Shown piece by piece: positions 50,701 through 62,930 of a stretch of DNA of 64,000 bases; the stretch's first letter is position 1; each line of letters starts with the position of its first letter. The stretch is taken from the NCBI GenBank assembly GCA_028023455.1, contig JAQFVV010000005.1, forward strand, positions 15,500,001 to 15,564,000, given 5' to 3'. A program made the position numbers and the translations under genes. The stretch comes from Epiperipatus broadwayi (lineage: Eukaryota; Animalia; Onychophora). Under the pieces are notes generated by a model. The model was not told the origin of the DNA. It made no database searches and worked only from the letters and a program-made list of their open reading frames with translations.

Positions 50701-51779
50701 TGACATTTAGCAGTATTAAATTGTATCTAACGTTTCTTCTTTCCTAATTTTTACAACTATAAAATTAAAAAGTAGTAAATAGAAAATATAAAAAACGAAG
50801 TTTTTTTTAGTTTCTATAGTATTCTTAATATGTGACCTAAAATAAAAGCGTTTGGCAAAGAACTATTTGAATAAAAAAATAAATAAAAACAGATACCTAT
50901 AAACGAATATGGTCATTGTAGCTAAAAAGTAAAGAAAGAAGTGAAAAAAAAAAAAGAATTATTTCTGGAAATGAATTTGCAATGACTATACAAACCAATC
51001 TGTGAGACCATAAATGCATTCATGTATAGGACATATTAATCAATTTTTCTATTTTTTTGATGTTGTACCCAATATTTTGAGCAGAAAAGTTTTCTTTCTG
51101 GAATATTTCAAATATGTCTTAATTGTAGCTCAGGTGTTTTCTATGACATATTTTACCAATGGAAACAATTGGCATTGCACTTCTTTAGAATGAATATCTT
51201 TGAGATAATTCTTATAGGGCACGGGGGCAAGTGTCCTACCTCTCCCATGAAAACAATGTTCAAGTTCACCATAAAAAACTTTTTTAAGAAGTCTTTTATT
51301 CTTCATTTATGCTATATGTCCAATCCAATAAAGGTATGAATTTACAATAGTGGACTTTATAATATAGCATCCAGTAAAGTAAAGAATATATTAATTGGTT
51401 TTATGATCTTGCCATTATATTTTTAAAATTTTACGGAGCATTTTTAAATGAAACTTTTCTAATGCCTTTATATTGTGCCGATAGGATATCCAAGTTTCAT
51501 TTCCATATAATCAATTTGGTAAAATAACAGCTAATTTAGTTGCAGTAGTTATTTTCCTATGATAACATACTCTATATTGTAACTTGTTAAAAGCATCAGT
51601 AATACACTGGACTTTGTGTTGTATCTCAACATCTAAATCCATCTTTCCACATATAAATCTAACAAGATATATAAACTGGTTTATATTCTTGAGTTGCTAA
51701 TCATCCAAACTAAAAATTGCTGAAAATTTTTTTTTTCTGATCACTGGCTTATAAATTTGAGTTTTTAGAACATTAATTA

Positions 51780-53250
51780 ATAAACCGGTCTTTATATATT
51801 ACATTCAAAACATTTTAAATACATTCTGTAATTCATCGTTTGAACAGCACAATTATCAGCATAGTGTAAATCCTGAATCCACACAAAAAAAAAAAAAAAT
51901 GTTTCTGTTGTTTTTCCTTTTAGTTCATACAAATCGAAAATTCCACCCTCAAATCTGTATCTAACTTTGATGCCTATTTGTTTAAACGATTTATAAACAA
52001 TTCCAAAGACCATCATCATACAAATTGAAAACTCTTTTGAAGCAAGTACATATCTTTGTTCAACACCAGTTTTTGTTTCAAATGCCTCAGATTTTCCACT
52101 CTAGTAATAACACTTCTCATTCCATCATGTAGAAGCCATATAATATAAATAAATTTTGGTGAATATCCAACTAATTTCAAACAATGCCTCGACCAACTCA
52201 ATAAAAGTAATATATAAATTGTTCCTTCATTTTCGATATTTTTCTTGCATTTTCCTAGCAACAGTAGTCTTGTCTATACTAATTTTTGATTCACTGAAAC
52301 CATTCTGAGTCTCTGGTAAACATATTATCATATTTTAAACTTTTCCAGATATTTTATCAGGATCTGCAGCATTTTCCATTTTTTAGATTACAAAGAGCTG
52401 TTTTGACTTTACTAAACTGAATATATTTATTCAAATCTAAGTGAGTAGATAAAATAGATATACAATTAAAAGTCATCATCTCAATTCTTGTTTCATTATA
52501 TTCAAAAGTGATCAAAATATTCTTCTTATCTATTCAAAATATGACTCATTATATAAGATAGTGCCATTGTTGAATTTTTCTCAGGTTCAAATATTACTTT
52601 CAGTGCATTAAAAAAAAAGACCTAGAATGATTATGATCAGTAAATGTCCATCTTTTGTTTCTGGATTTTTATATTTATTAAGTTCCACATTTAATATATT
52701 ATTCTGCCAAACAGAAAAGGCTACATGTTCCCTTTTAATCAAATCACTAATAATAAGGTCATTGTCAGAAAACCAGTTATATTTTTTTTTTTTAGTGAAT
52801 CCAAGAATAGATTTACTTGTATCCATAATATTCATTAAGAGAATTCCACATTTCAATAATATGACAGTTCTGGTGATCGAAATTACCAATTTTAGTGTTT
52901 ATAACTATTGAAATTTGGTAGATTCTTCTAAAGAATGAACATCAGTTTTCTTGTGAAGATGATTGGAATAATGTCTATTTTTTAATGCTACTATCATTTT
53001 AATTTTGAGCGCACTTGGTGTATAATCTGTCCAACAATTAGCGCTTGTAAGTACAGTACTAGTTTAATATGAACTGCTCTTGTATCCTGACTTGTAGCTA
53101 TAATGTAAATGCCATTGTTTTGAGTATGAATGTATCCATGTTCATTTACAGCGGTTTTTCTGCCTACAAAGTGTTGTGACAATCAAACCATTTGAATTTA
53201 TAGAATCAATACTATTTTTCCAATAACTTTAAATGTTTATATGGATTGTT
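51780..53250 (-). mobile_element. Decayed RTE (BovB-like) LINE fragment
   Basis: Minus ORFs give GIKVRYRFEGGIFDL...IQDLHYADNCAV, KKYNWFSDND, LKLVGYSPKFIYIIWLLHDGM and ...HQVRSKLK, all resembling RTE-clade EN/RT segments. Confidence 0.82.
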
Positions 53251-53329
53251 ATTATTATAATGAATAGAAATGAGGAGATAATATCCATTAAATAGAAAGA
53301 AACTTTAACTTTTGATGTTACTAAGAAAT

Positions 53330-53760
53330 CAGTAGTTAACATATAGACTGGAAATGACTCCACTTAGAGGGAAATCCATTGGCCAATTGTCAGACATTTT
53401 GTAGTAATGGCCGTTGAAAATAGGCATGATGCTGTTATTAAGCCAAGAAAAAATTGTAATAATAAGTCTATGGCTGGCTGGCTGGTAGTTCACTCTGTTT
53501 AGTTCATTTTTAATGATACTGCTGGATAATGCTCTATTAATCTCATAAAGTTTTGCAAATGTCCAGAGAGGAGCGTGGAAGTTTTAATGTGCGAAATAAA
53601 GTCAAATGTACCCTTAATGGTGTAATTGTTGAATCCCAACTGATCAATAAGCTATTAAGTATATTGAGAGAGATGACTCTGGGCGAAAAATTAGGGAAGC
53701 ATACTACATAGATTCATCCTTCCCTCTCTTCGGTAAGATGGACTCTCTGATACTTGTCAA
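53330..53760 (-). mobile_element. Decayed PLE RT fragment
   Basis: The minus strand reads IFNGHYYKMSDNWPM then (with a frameshift) PLSGVISSLY, matching PLE RT motif B and the WPM signature of the PLE at 1060-2496. Confidence 0.7.
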
Positions 53761-53851
53761 CACTTGCTAATTTTACATAAATTTGAATTTCCACAATACT
53801 ATATATATATACTTAAACACGCTGTCACTCCATCACTTCACAATTTACCCC

Positions 53852-53895
53852 AGCTATGAATATGAGAATATTGTATTTCTCGAAAGTGCTCAGCT
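53852..53895 (+). ncRNA. Minimal type I hammerhead-like motif, A3-U8 core variant
   Basis: AGCT-ATGAATA(53856-53862)-T-GAGAA tattgtat TTCTC-GAAA-GTGC-TC^AGCT; stems I and II are perfect; stem III AGTGCT (GCGC>GTGC). Confidence 0.82.
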
Positions 53896-54920
53896 TTATT
53901 TTATTATTTTAACTGGAAAGAAAAAAAAATTCTTTTCAGCTGCGTATTAGCACACGATTTAATCTATTATTTCCATTGAAACGAAGTATAAACCTCATAT
54001 CTTTAAATAAGATTTAATAAAATGGAGCTTGTCAAATATTTATAGTATAGTTTTGTTATAAAGCATTGAGATAGACAGTAAGGAAATGAGAAAATAAAAT
54101 AACTGGAGGAGATTAAGAAAAAATAAATGGGTATGATTGTTGAAAGAATACATAGGAAAGAGAAAAAGATTTATTGAAGAAATTAAAGAAAAGAAATTAT
54201 GAGTTGGAATGACTAAGCTATTCTTAAAAAATAAAACAACAAGACTGGTAAATACACTTAAATCTTTATTGGTAGGCAATTGGAAAACCTAAATCAAGTA
54301 TTGCCTTCGAAGATCCTCTATAAGAGATTGTTGAAGAGACTTGTCCTGCAATAGACTACTTAAACAGTTTTACTTTACCAATTTATGTATATAGTATATG
54401 AATATAGAAATAATTTTCTCAACTCATTCAACATGATTGTTGTGCTTCATGAGAAATTTCAGCTATAATCTGATTTAGAATGCAATTGCTTTTTGTCTGC
54501 CATATTTTAAAAATCTATGTTAATGTTTTTTTCTCCAATGACAAGTCTTTAAGTATAAAGATATATTTAGGTCTCATTCTAATGCTATCAAGAGTTACTT
54601 CAGAATATTTTTTTAGTTATTTGCTGGTAGTTATTTATTTCAGAGATCCAATAGCTAAATTATCATTTACATATATATTTTTATTTTATTTTTAAGTGAC
54701 TAATTCCATATTTGTATGTATAAAAATTCTTCCACTTATTCATTATTTATATTTTTTTCTGATGATTTTTTTATATATTTTGTTTAGAATCTTTTCAGTA
54801 TTATAAACTCATTAAAAAAATTCACTTTTTTATGAAAAACAAATATGCTAATATTTAGAAGTTTATTAAAATGTAGCTTTACAAAATTTACGGTTTATAT
54901 AAATATGTAATTTTTTTCAG

Positions 54921-55003
54921 ATATGACTTCAGATCCATATAATTTTGAAGAACCTGATCCAGCTCTGTGTAATGCAACAGAAAGTTCATTGTGGGAGATC
55001 AAG
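54921..55003 (+). CDS. NOC4L: NOC4L exon (phase 1-0), CBF domain
   Basis: tttttcag / gttgag; (D)MTSDPYNFEEPDPALCNATESSLWEIK, the DPY...E.DP....A.ESSLWE motif. Confidence 0.96.
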
Positions 55004-57076
55004 GTTGAGTCTTATTTCTCTTTTTTTATACATTATCTTTTTAGTAATCTTTATTTTAATACTTTTGGTTTCTTTTGGGAGATAACTCATGGGTTTTTTT
55101 TATTGAAGCCCCACATAAATTTTCAATAATAAATCCATCTTTATACTTACCATTGTAAATTTTACTGGGGTCTTGTTTCTCATTGTTAGAACCATCCAAA
55201 GTTACAGTGCTTATATTAGACTGCTTATTCAACATCTTATTGAAAGACTAATTGCTTTGACAAAATGCCATTGGCTTCTGATAAGCTTCAATTAACTTAT
55301 TACAAATATGATAAACTAAACAGTGTGTGTCAGTGAAAAGATGAATGGCAAATAATTTTCTCCAAGCTACCCCCAGTACTTTCTCTGAATCACTGCGTGC
55401 ATTACGTAGTTTTATGGTTTAACTATTTACCACAAAAATTTTAAGATGCTAGTATATCTGGATCATAGATTATATGAAATGATGAAATGCACACTAACAT
55501 TATATTTTATTTTAAATCGGGTAAAATTGCTGCTGGAATGTTTGATATAATTCAAACTATGTACAGTAGTGAAACCATGAATCACACGAAATTTTCAAGT
55601 GATCTGTAAGATTTTGGATAATGGGGAAAACATTGAAGGCAATCCACAAAAGTACTAAATAGACTTACATTTCATGATATACCTTATAATCCATATGTGC
55701 TAATGCCTTGACATTTTTTAGCGGTTAAATTACGTCACTACATAATTTAGAAATAGCATGGTAGATAGATACCTTAGGAAGATAACAAGTTAGCTTTCAC
55801 CTGGACTTACTATGTCTATTTAGATCTGTTTTGTTTTTGTTTTTTTTTCATTTATGTAAACCGTGATTTAATCAATATTGTAATTATATAGCATTTCACT
55901 GTTTTTATTAATTTAATACTCAAGTGCACGAAAAAGATATATTGTTGAAATACACTACGATTTTTTTTTTGTATTTATTCAAGCAATTTTATTCTGTTTG
56001 TGTAAAACTTGCAGCCTTCATCGCTAATCTATTTAATCTTTTATTTAAAAAAAGGTTTAAATGGAATGAGTATCTGATGAAAGCTGTGGGTTTACTTGAA
56101 ACAATTGGAAGTGAGAAAAAAAAGATATGATGTAATTGAAGTTATAAAGTAAATGTTATCAGATTTGATCGTGTTTTTAAAGATAAGATTGCTAATCTTT
56201 GCATTACTTATTCTGTACATGATTTTTATTCGAGTATATATCAGACTTCTAGAACCTTCCCTTAGTGAATATGAGTAATATAAAAAGGCATCTTCTTGAA
56301 TCATTTTATCAAATCATTTATCACAAATTTTGATTTTACTGTGGAATTGAAATGATTTTTATTAAATGTTTATATATATATTTTCCTACCAATTTAATCT
56401 ATGGACTCTTCATTATTATTTATTATTAAAAGGGCAGTTCTGCTCAGCAACCCAATAACCTTCACCAAATTTTATCTTTTCTGTGCTTTTTTTTTTAATC
56501 ATAACTCGCACTTTCTTTTTGATTTTCAGTCAACATCTTTCTTTTTTTTTTAACTTTCATGAAACATTTCAATTTAGTCACTATAATTTCATTATCTCTT
56601 AAAAATATATCCAGTCCAATTCTTCAGATTCCTAGTTTCCTTTAGAAATTATCTTTTCCACCATCTTCAATTTAGAAACCTACAATACTTTTTGTTTATT
56701 TTTGTATTTAATTTTCCACCATTGTAAATATCCACTACTCTCATTAATCTTCATTCAATTAGGAGAGTGCATTGTATTTTTTCAGTGGTCTCTTTATGTT
56801 TTTTATGCTATTCAAGATTCAACATTTGGGTGGGGGGAAGGGGTTCTTTCATTTATTTAGTCAAAAATCAGTATAGGATTTCTGAAATAAATGCTTTAAT
56901 AATTACTTGTAAGTGGATAGTAGAAATTATTGTGTGAAATAATGAAGAAAGTTAATGAAATTATGTAAAGGATTTTATAAATATTTTACTAATAGCTCAA
57001 TTTTTTAATAATAATTAATATTTGTTTTAATATTTTAATTTTTTTACATTTTTATTGTTTTTATATATTTATTTAG

Positions 57077-57190
57077 ACTCTTCAGCAACATTATTATCCC
57101 GGTGTTGTGAGTGCTAGTAAAGTAATAGAGCAAAACCTTCCCTCTGAGGAAAAAGATATAGCAGACTTATTTAAGAAAACGACAAGTGAA
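57077..57190 (+). CDS. NOC4L: NOC4L exon (phase 0-0), probably penultimate
   Basis: atttag / gtaagt; TLQQHYYPGVVSASKVIEQNLPSEEKDIADLFKKTTSE, the L..HY.P.V motif. No convincing final exon was found in the window. Confidence 0.93.
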
Positions 57191-58052
57191 GTAAGTATAT
57201 TTTGAATTTGTAATTATTTTATAGCATATTCGCCAATAAGTGATGAATTAAATCTGCTCAATGAACTCTCAAATTATTTATTCCAAATGCGTTTTGTAAC
57301 TGTCTTTTTCCAATACTTATAATTTATCCCATTCCTATATTCATCTATTTTTCATATTCTTTGAAGTGCAGAAGAATTTATCATTTATTAAATTTTGTAA
57401 GATGAGTTGTTTTTTAACTCATTTATAAGAACTGATTAAGTTAGAACTCTGGTTTAGTCCTGGATAGATGGACAAGTGCTTCAAGATACAAATTGTGAAA
57501 ACTAATGATGCCTATCTAATTATGTAAATAAACATAAAAAATAAAAGAATTAGAATATTATTCTTAAAAAGAAGTTAATGTTTTATTAAAGAGTAATTAA
57601 CATTGATTAAAACAATGTTAATTCTTTGGGGGAGGGAAGGCAGTGGATTTTTTTTTTTATGGTGTAGGTTTGGAGAAAAATATAAAAGATTAACTTGATA
57701 GTTATATTTGCAATTACACAAAGATTAAATGAAACAAAGTATAAAATATTTGATTTACATTTTTATTGTAAACATTGTTGATTTTTGTTCTCATCTGGAC
57801 TAAATTGCTAAACATTTATTAAACAATGAACATGGATAACCAACTAGAATGAATCTGCAATTTGTTATAGTTCTGCTTTTTTTAATTGAGTTAGAGAGAA
57901 CCTTTATTGGGAAATATAAGAAAAGGATTAGATAAGTTCTTGAAGATAGTGAGATATGGGAAATATTAAAGGGACGATGGAAAAGAAGAATGAATTAGTT
58001 GATAGAAAAGATCAATTTCCGCTAAACATCACATGATCACCATTCTTTATGC

Positions 58053-58274
58053 TTACACAAGCTAAACTCTCCATATAGAAGCACCACTCGGAACAAGCCA
58101 GAGTAATTAATGGATGCAAGAAGGTTTGTGCATAAAACCCCCATCTAGTGCCTACTCATACTGGCGATATTGAATGAGAAGTAGATGGGGATTTTATGCA
58201 CAAACCTTTCATTCATTGATTATTCTGGCTGCACTGAGTGGTGCTACTGTATGGAGAGTTTAGCCTCTGTGTAA
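58053..58274. repeat. Fold-back element (~100-bp arms), homologous to the sequence 3' of the HHR at 36251
   Basis: ttacac..gctaaactctccata...gtgcataaaa.cccc.tcta / tagatggggattttatgcac...tatggagagtttagc...gtgtaa; the arms match 36288-36385. Confidence 0.85.
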
Positions 58275-60075
58275 AGATCAATTTCATTATTGAAATATAG
58301 GAAAGAGTCTGAAATGAAGTATTAGCTTGCCTTTAAGCAGATGATTAATGGTTTTATGAATATATTGTTTATGGGTGAATAATGATTTTCACTGTTATAA
58401 AATGAAAATTAAAACTTGTATTGTATTGTGTATTAGTTTTCTATGCAATTCAATGAAAGAATTTTGTTTCAGTGGATAAAGACCTTATTGAATTAAAAAC
58501 TTGAAACCTGATTCTTCGTGTGTTCGATAGAATAATTTCCCTATGCAAAAAACTAATACATGATATGATTCAAAAGTTTTTATTTACATATGTATGTGTA
58601 TATACTACAGTTTTATCTATAAATATCAACTTCCTACATCCAAATCTTTGATATCATTTTCTTATTTCTAGCCCAGATATAGACTTATATATATATATGC
58701 ATTTAATTAGAAGCGATTTGAACCAAGCTTCCTTCAGTTAACCATTCTGTCTTATATAATATACACATGACCACATATATGTGAAAAATATAAATGATGG
58801 TCCGATATATGTATTTTGTGCTGAACCAGTGCTCATCAGTTGGTCCAAATCATCATATCCCACACATATATATAATCATGGGATTATTATAAATGATTAA
58901 GATAATTTTGCAATTTAATATCATCTCGCACAAAATATCTCTTTACACTCCACACAGATAGCTGTTCCATTATTAAAAGTTATTATTGATAGTAATTATA
59001 AACTGACATGTAATGAACACTTAAGCATCAAATCAATTATTTGTCAGTTAGGGTGGTTTCTCTGTTTACTGAGTTTACTGCCAGCATTATTTTTATGGAG
59101 TACATTAAAAATATTGTGTTTGTTTGACTTTAAACTTATGAATTCACTGATCTAAGAATATTGCTGAACATGACTCTTACTATTGTTAGTAGCTGGTAGA
59201 ATAAAGACTACTGCATTGATAGGTGTCAGGTGATACATGTCATTCTTAGTCACATTGAAAAAATTGTAAAGAAATAAGTGTTTCAAACAATTGCTATATT
59301 TTCTAAATGGAGTTTATTATTGTGTTATTGATTTGCCACTAGACATGGTCAAAGAAAAAGCTCTGAATAAAACAACAATTTTGAATTATATTCTTTACTT
59401 AATTAATTTTTTTGTATGAACAACATATTATTTTGTATCTTTCTATCATCTTGAGAAACATTTTCAAGCATCTGCTTTATTAGTCTCAATTACAATTATT
59501 TTTTATGTTAGTGTTTTGATATTGTTATAATTTAATTAAAGTTTTGTACTCGAGATGGTATGTCTCTCATGGGATTTGATTAATTAATTCCCCAATATCA
59601 AATTTGGAATATACTTTCTAGAATTTGCCCTCAAGTTATGGAGATAGTTAAGACCATTACTATGAAATTTTCCTTTACCAGACAACTAACAGAAACAAAA
59701 AAATATATATCACATTCAATACTTTTGTCTTTACATATACTTTAATAATGTGACAATCTTTATTCTGCAACAGCTACAACGTGGTCTAGTCACATAAATG
59801 GTACAAGTGGTTTCTCATATCACTCCTAAAAAGAGTATTTGTTTATAAAAATATCGTTTCAAATTTGATTTTTTTTTTTTTATTGTAAACATTATTTATG
59901 ATATATATTAAAATGTTTGTATAAAAAAAAAATTTTAAATGTAATCATAAAATCACAAAAATAAAGAAACAAAATTACTTTTGTCAAACTGGATTCAATT
60001 GATTGTTTTCTTATAATCAATTATTATGATGAAATAAATTTGCTTTTTGTTATTATTGTTATTAGTTACAACAAC

Positions 60076-60119
60076 AGCTATGAGTATGAGAGTAAGTAGT
60101 CTCTTGAAAGCGCTAAGTT
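60076..60119 (+). ncRNA. Minimal type I hammerhead-like motif, A3-U8 core variant (intact)
   Basis: AGCT-ATGAGTA(60080-60086)-T-GAGAG taagtagt CTCTT-GAAA-GCGC-TA^AGTT; 4-bp stem I, 5-bp stem II, palindromic AGCGCT, NUH triplet CUA. Confidence 0.82.
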
Positions 60120-62232
60120 CTATAATTTAATAGTTTTATATTTTAGTAAATTAAAATTTTATTTTTAAATATATACGTTCTAGCTTCATTATCTGTGCAT
60201 ATAGCGCATATATATATATTAGTTTACAATAAGTTTTATATTTGTTTTAGATTACAAATGGTATGAAATACTACTCTACTGGAAGGGAGGGGGGCATAAA
60301 ATTTAAACCACATGAATTAAATTTAAACTAATTTGATTTTTGGAAAATAGATACATAATTAGGAAGATACTGAGCAAGATAGTACCTGTTCGATTTAAAA
60401 AATAATATGGAATTAGGGCATTTGAAAAGTGATAGCAATATGACATATCACTTGTAGTCATTGCAGGTTTTTTTGCTTCTTGATATTAATCATTATGTTT
60501 TATTAGTTAATTGCTTTCATTTTTGCTTAAAGAAATTGTTGTTTCATGCATTGTTATATTGGTTATGTAAACAAAACTTAGATAAAGCTAAATATTTGGT
60601 TTAAGGTTTCAGTGAAAGATTGAAATGGGAATAAAGTGAACACATTACTAAAAGAGATGGTAATAGATGAATAGTTGAAGTCTTAAAGTATAATCGAAGA
60701 GTTTGTAAAAAGCATGGAAAGAAATTATATGTGAAATGGATGAATTGCTTATTAGAGGATTGTCTTTTAATTAGTGTTTTTGCCCCTTTTAAATGTGAGA
60801 CAGATTTTACATTTCAAAGTGGACAATCTTTATTAAAATTTTAATAAAGTTTAATATCAAATATAAATAGTAATGTATTAATTTTTTAATGTGCTGTGGA
60901 AGAGAGTGATTATGGATCAGAGAAATTGGATTAAACTTTGAGAGACTTTCATCTTGTAATGGATCATTAATGATTGAGAATGATGATAATGATTTATATT
61001 GTCCACTCTAAGGCAATATAAATTTTCTTAGCAGCAGATGCTACAACAAAGTGCTTTCCACACTTGTTTACATAAGTTATATATTGTTCTAATTGAAATT
61101 TGCATCATTAAAGGGAATACAAAAAAATTTTCAAATACGAAGAATAATCTAGAATAGCACATTCATATATACAGAGTGAAAGAGAATTGTTGTAGCATTC
61201 AATGATAGAGATAAGTATGATCATTCTCTGATCCAATATTTCTACTACATTTTGAAGTGCTTGGGGAAATGCTTGCAGATGTGAAAATGCTCAGAAATCA
61301 TTCTTGCTAAGGAAGTATGTGGATGCCTTTAATGGTGTTTATAGTGTATTCTGTCATGTATTATTTTATTGGAAATGTTCCCAAAGTTATTTGGAAAAAT
61401 TGTCAATTTTCAGTCGTATACTATGTATCAATAGGGATCTGTTTTTTGCAAATATGGTGATACCTTGGAAAAGGATATTTCATAGAGAACTATAATCTTC
61501 GTCCAAAAGTTAAGTCTTTCCAATTCCATAGTTATTGCTTCTGACTGTGATTTGCAGTCATTCTCTGTTAATGAATTTTCCATTCAGCTTTACGTGATGC
61601 TATTGCTGCAGCAGTTTTCTATAACCAACTTCTGATATATGTGTCTGTGATTTGAAACACAAATCTTATCAACTTATGTCAATCATTCAAATGCTTTCCT
61701 GAATTGTAACCAATTTTTGATAGTGTTGTGATAAAGTTTTTGGATATGCTAAACAATGCTGAACTCTATTTGATGTTATATATTTTGCAGATTGTACATG
61801 ATTTGACTTTCATTTTTAATGATTTAACTAATTGTTGGTTTATGGTGCTATATATATTTTTCAAGAAAGAGGAATTTTTTGTCAGGGAGTGTATTAGTAG
61901 TAAAATTTTAGTTTAAAAGGTTATAATTATCTAAAACTATTTATTTTTTAATTTTATTTTTTGTTCAGAAATAATTAGAATAAATTTTAATTGACAGTGC
62001 ACATATTAACTTGAAAATAAGTTTTCAATTGATTAGTAAAAGAAGATAGAACTAAAATGTCAACAAGATACTAATCACAAAATTACTTTTCTTTCAATGT
62101 TTTAAATTGTAAGGAAAGATTGGGTGATTATTCTTTAATACTTTATATATGTATGTGTGTGTAAATTTATAAATAAATATTAGAAAATACAGCACTTAAA
62201 AGTTTATAAAAAATATATCTATAAACGTCACG

Positions 62233-62271
62233 TAGGAGCGCTTTCAACTATCCTTGTAGTTTTTGCAACTA
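62233..62271 (-). ncRNA. Hammerhead-like motif, U3-A8 core variant (A6C)
   Basis: Minus strand TAG-TTGCAAA-AACTA caagga TAGTT-GAAA-GCGC-TC^CTA; located just 3' of the PLE ORF. Confidence 0.6.
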
Positions 62272-62930
62272 ATACTTTTAAAGGGTCAACTTTCCCATAA
62301 TTCCATGATCTTAACATTTGCTGCCTGCCTATTGATTAAATCTTGCTCGTATTTATATATTAACATCACTTCCTTAATTTTTTTTTTATTATTATATCTT
62401 TTAGTTTCCAATATTTTTACGTTACTATAATTAAAATCAAAACCATATATACATGATTTATTATGGTCATAAAAGACGGAAGATGATAAATTATCATTAT
62501 TTTTATAATTTTGTTTTGTATTTTGAACCCTTTTTAATAATAACCAATGCTCTTTTGTCCTTTTTTCCAATGTGCACCTCGACTCATATATCCACTGCCA
62601 CACCTACATGTCCATTTGTAAATGATACAATTTTTATTTGTCACTAAGGTTTTATCTTTTGAATTATTTATTTAATATAGGTGGTGCATAAAATGCAATG
62701 TCACATATACCTTTATAAATTTTCTTAATGAAATTTACCTGTTGTTTCGAAATATATGGTATTGGTATCCAAATTTTTTTATCAGAAGAATTAACATTAT
62801 TATTAATATTATTTTTATATTTAGAATTAAAATTTTTAATAGTATAATACACATAATCATAACTATATCCAACGTTTAACAATTCATTATAATAAATTTC
62901 AATATTTTTGTTTTTATCCAATGTATATTT
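62233..62930 (-). mobile_element. 5'-truncated Penelope-like element (RT thumb/linker + GIY-YIG), ending in an HHR-like motif
   Basis: ORF 62664-62960 (ELLNVGYS...IPIPYISK) is the PLE linker region. ORF 62286-62603 (YESRCTLEKRTKEH...FDFNYSNVKILE...KKKIKEVMLI...INRQ) is the GIY-YIG C-terminus. Confidence 0.88.

Noticed and set aside
56071-56112. CTGATGA-AAG...CTT-GAAACAATTG as a hammerhead
   Set aside because: U16.1 is absent and there is no stem I; at most a heavily decayed relic or a chance match.
60251-60331. Candidate final NOC4L exon (ITNGMKYYSTGREGGIKFKPHELNLN*)
   Set aside because: The acceptor is good and in phase, but similarity to Noc4 C-termini is not convincing and it contains a G-run typical of local intronic sequence; RNA-seq is needed.
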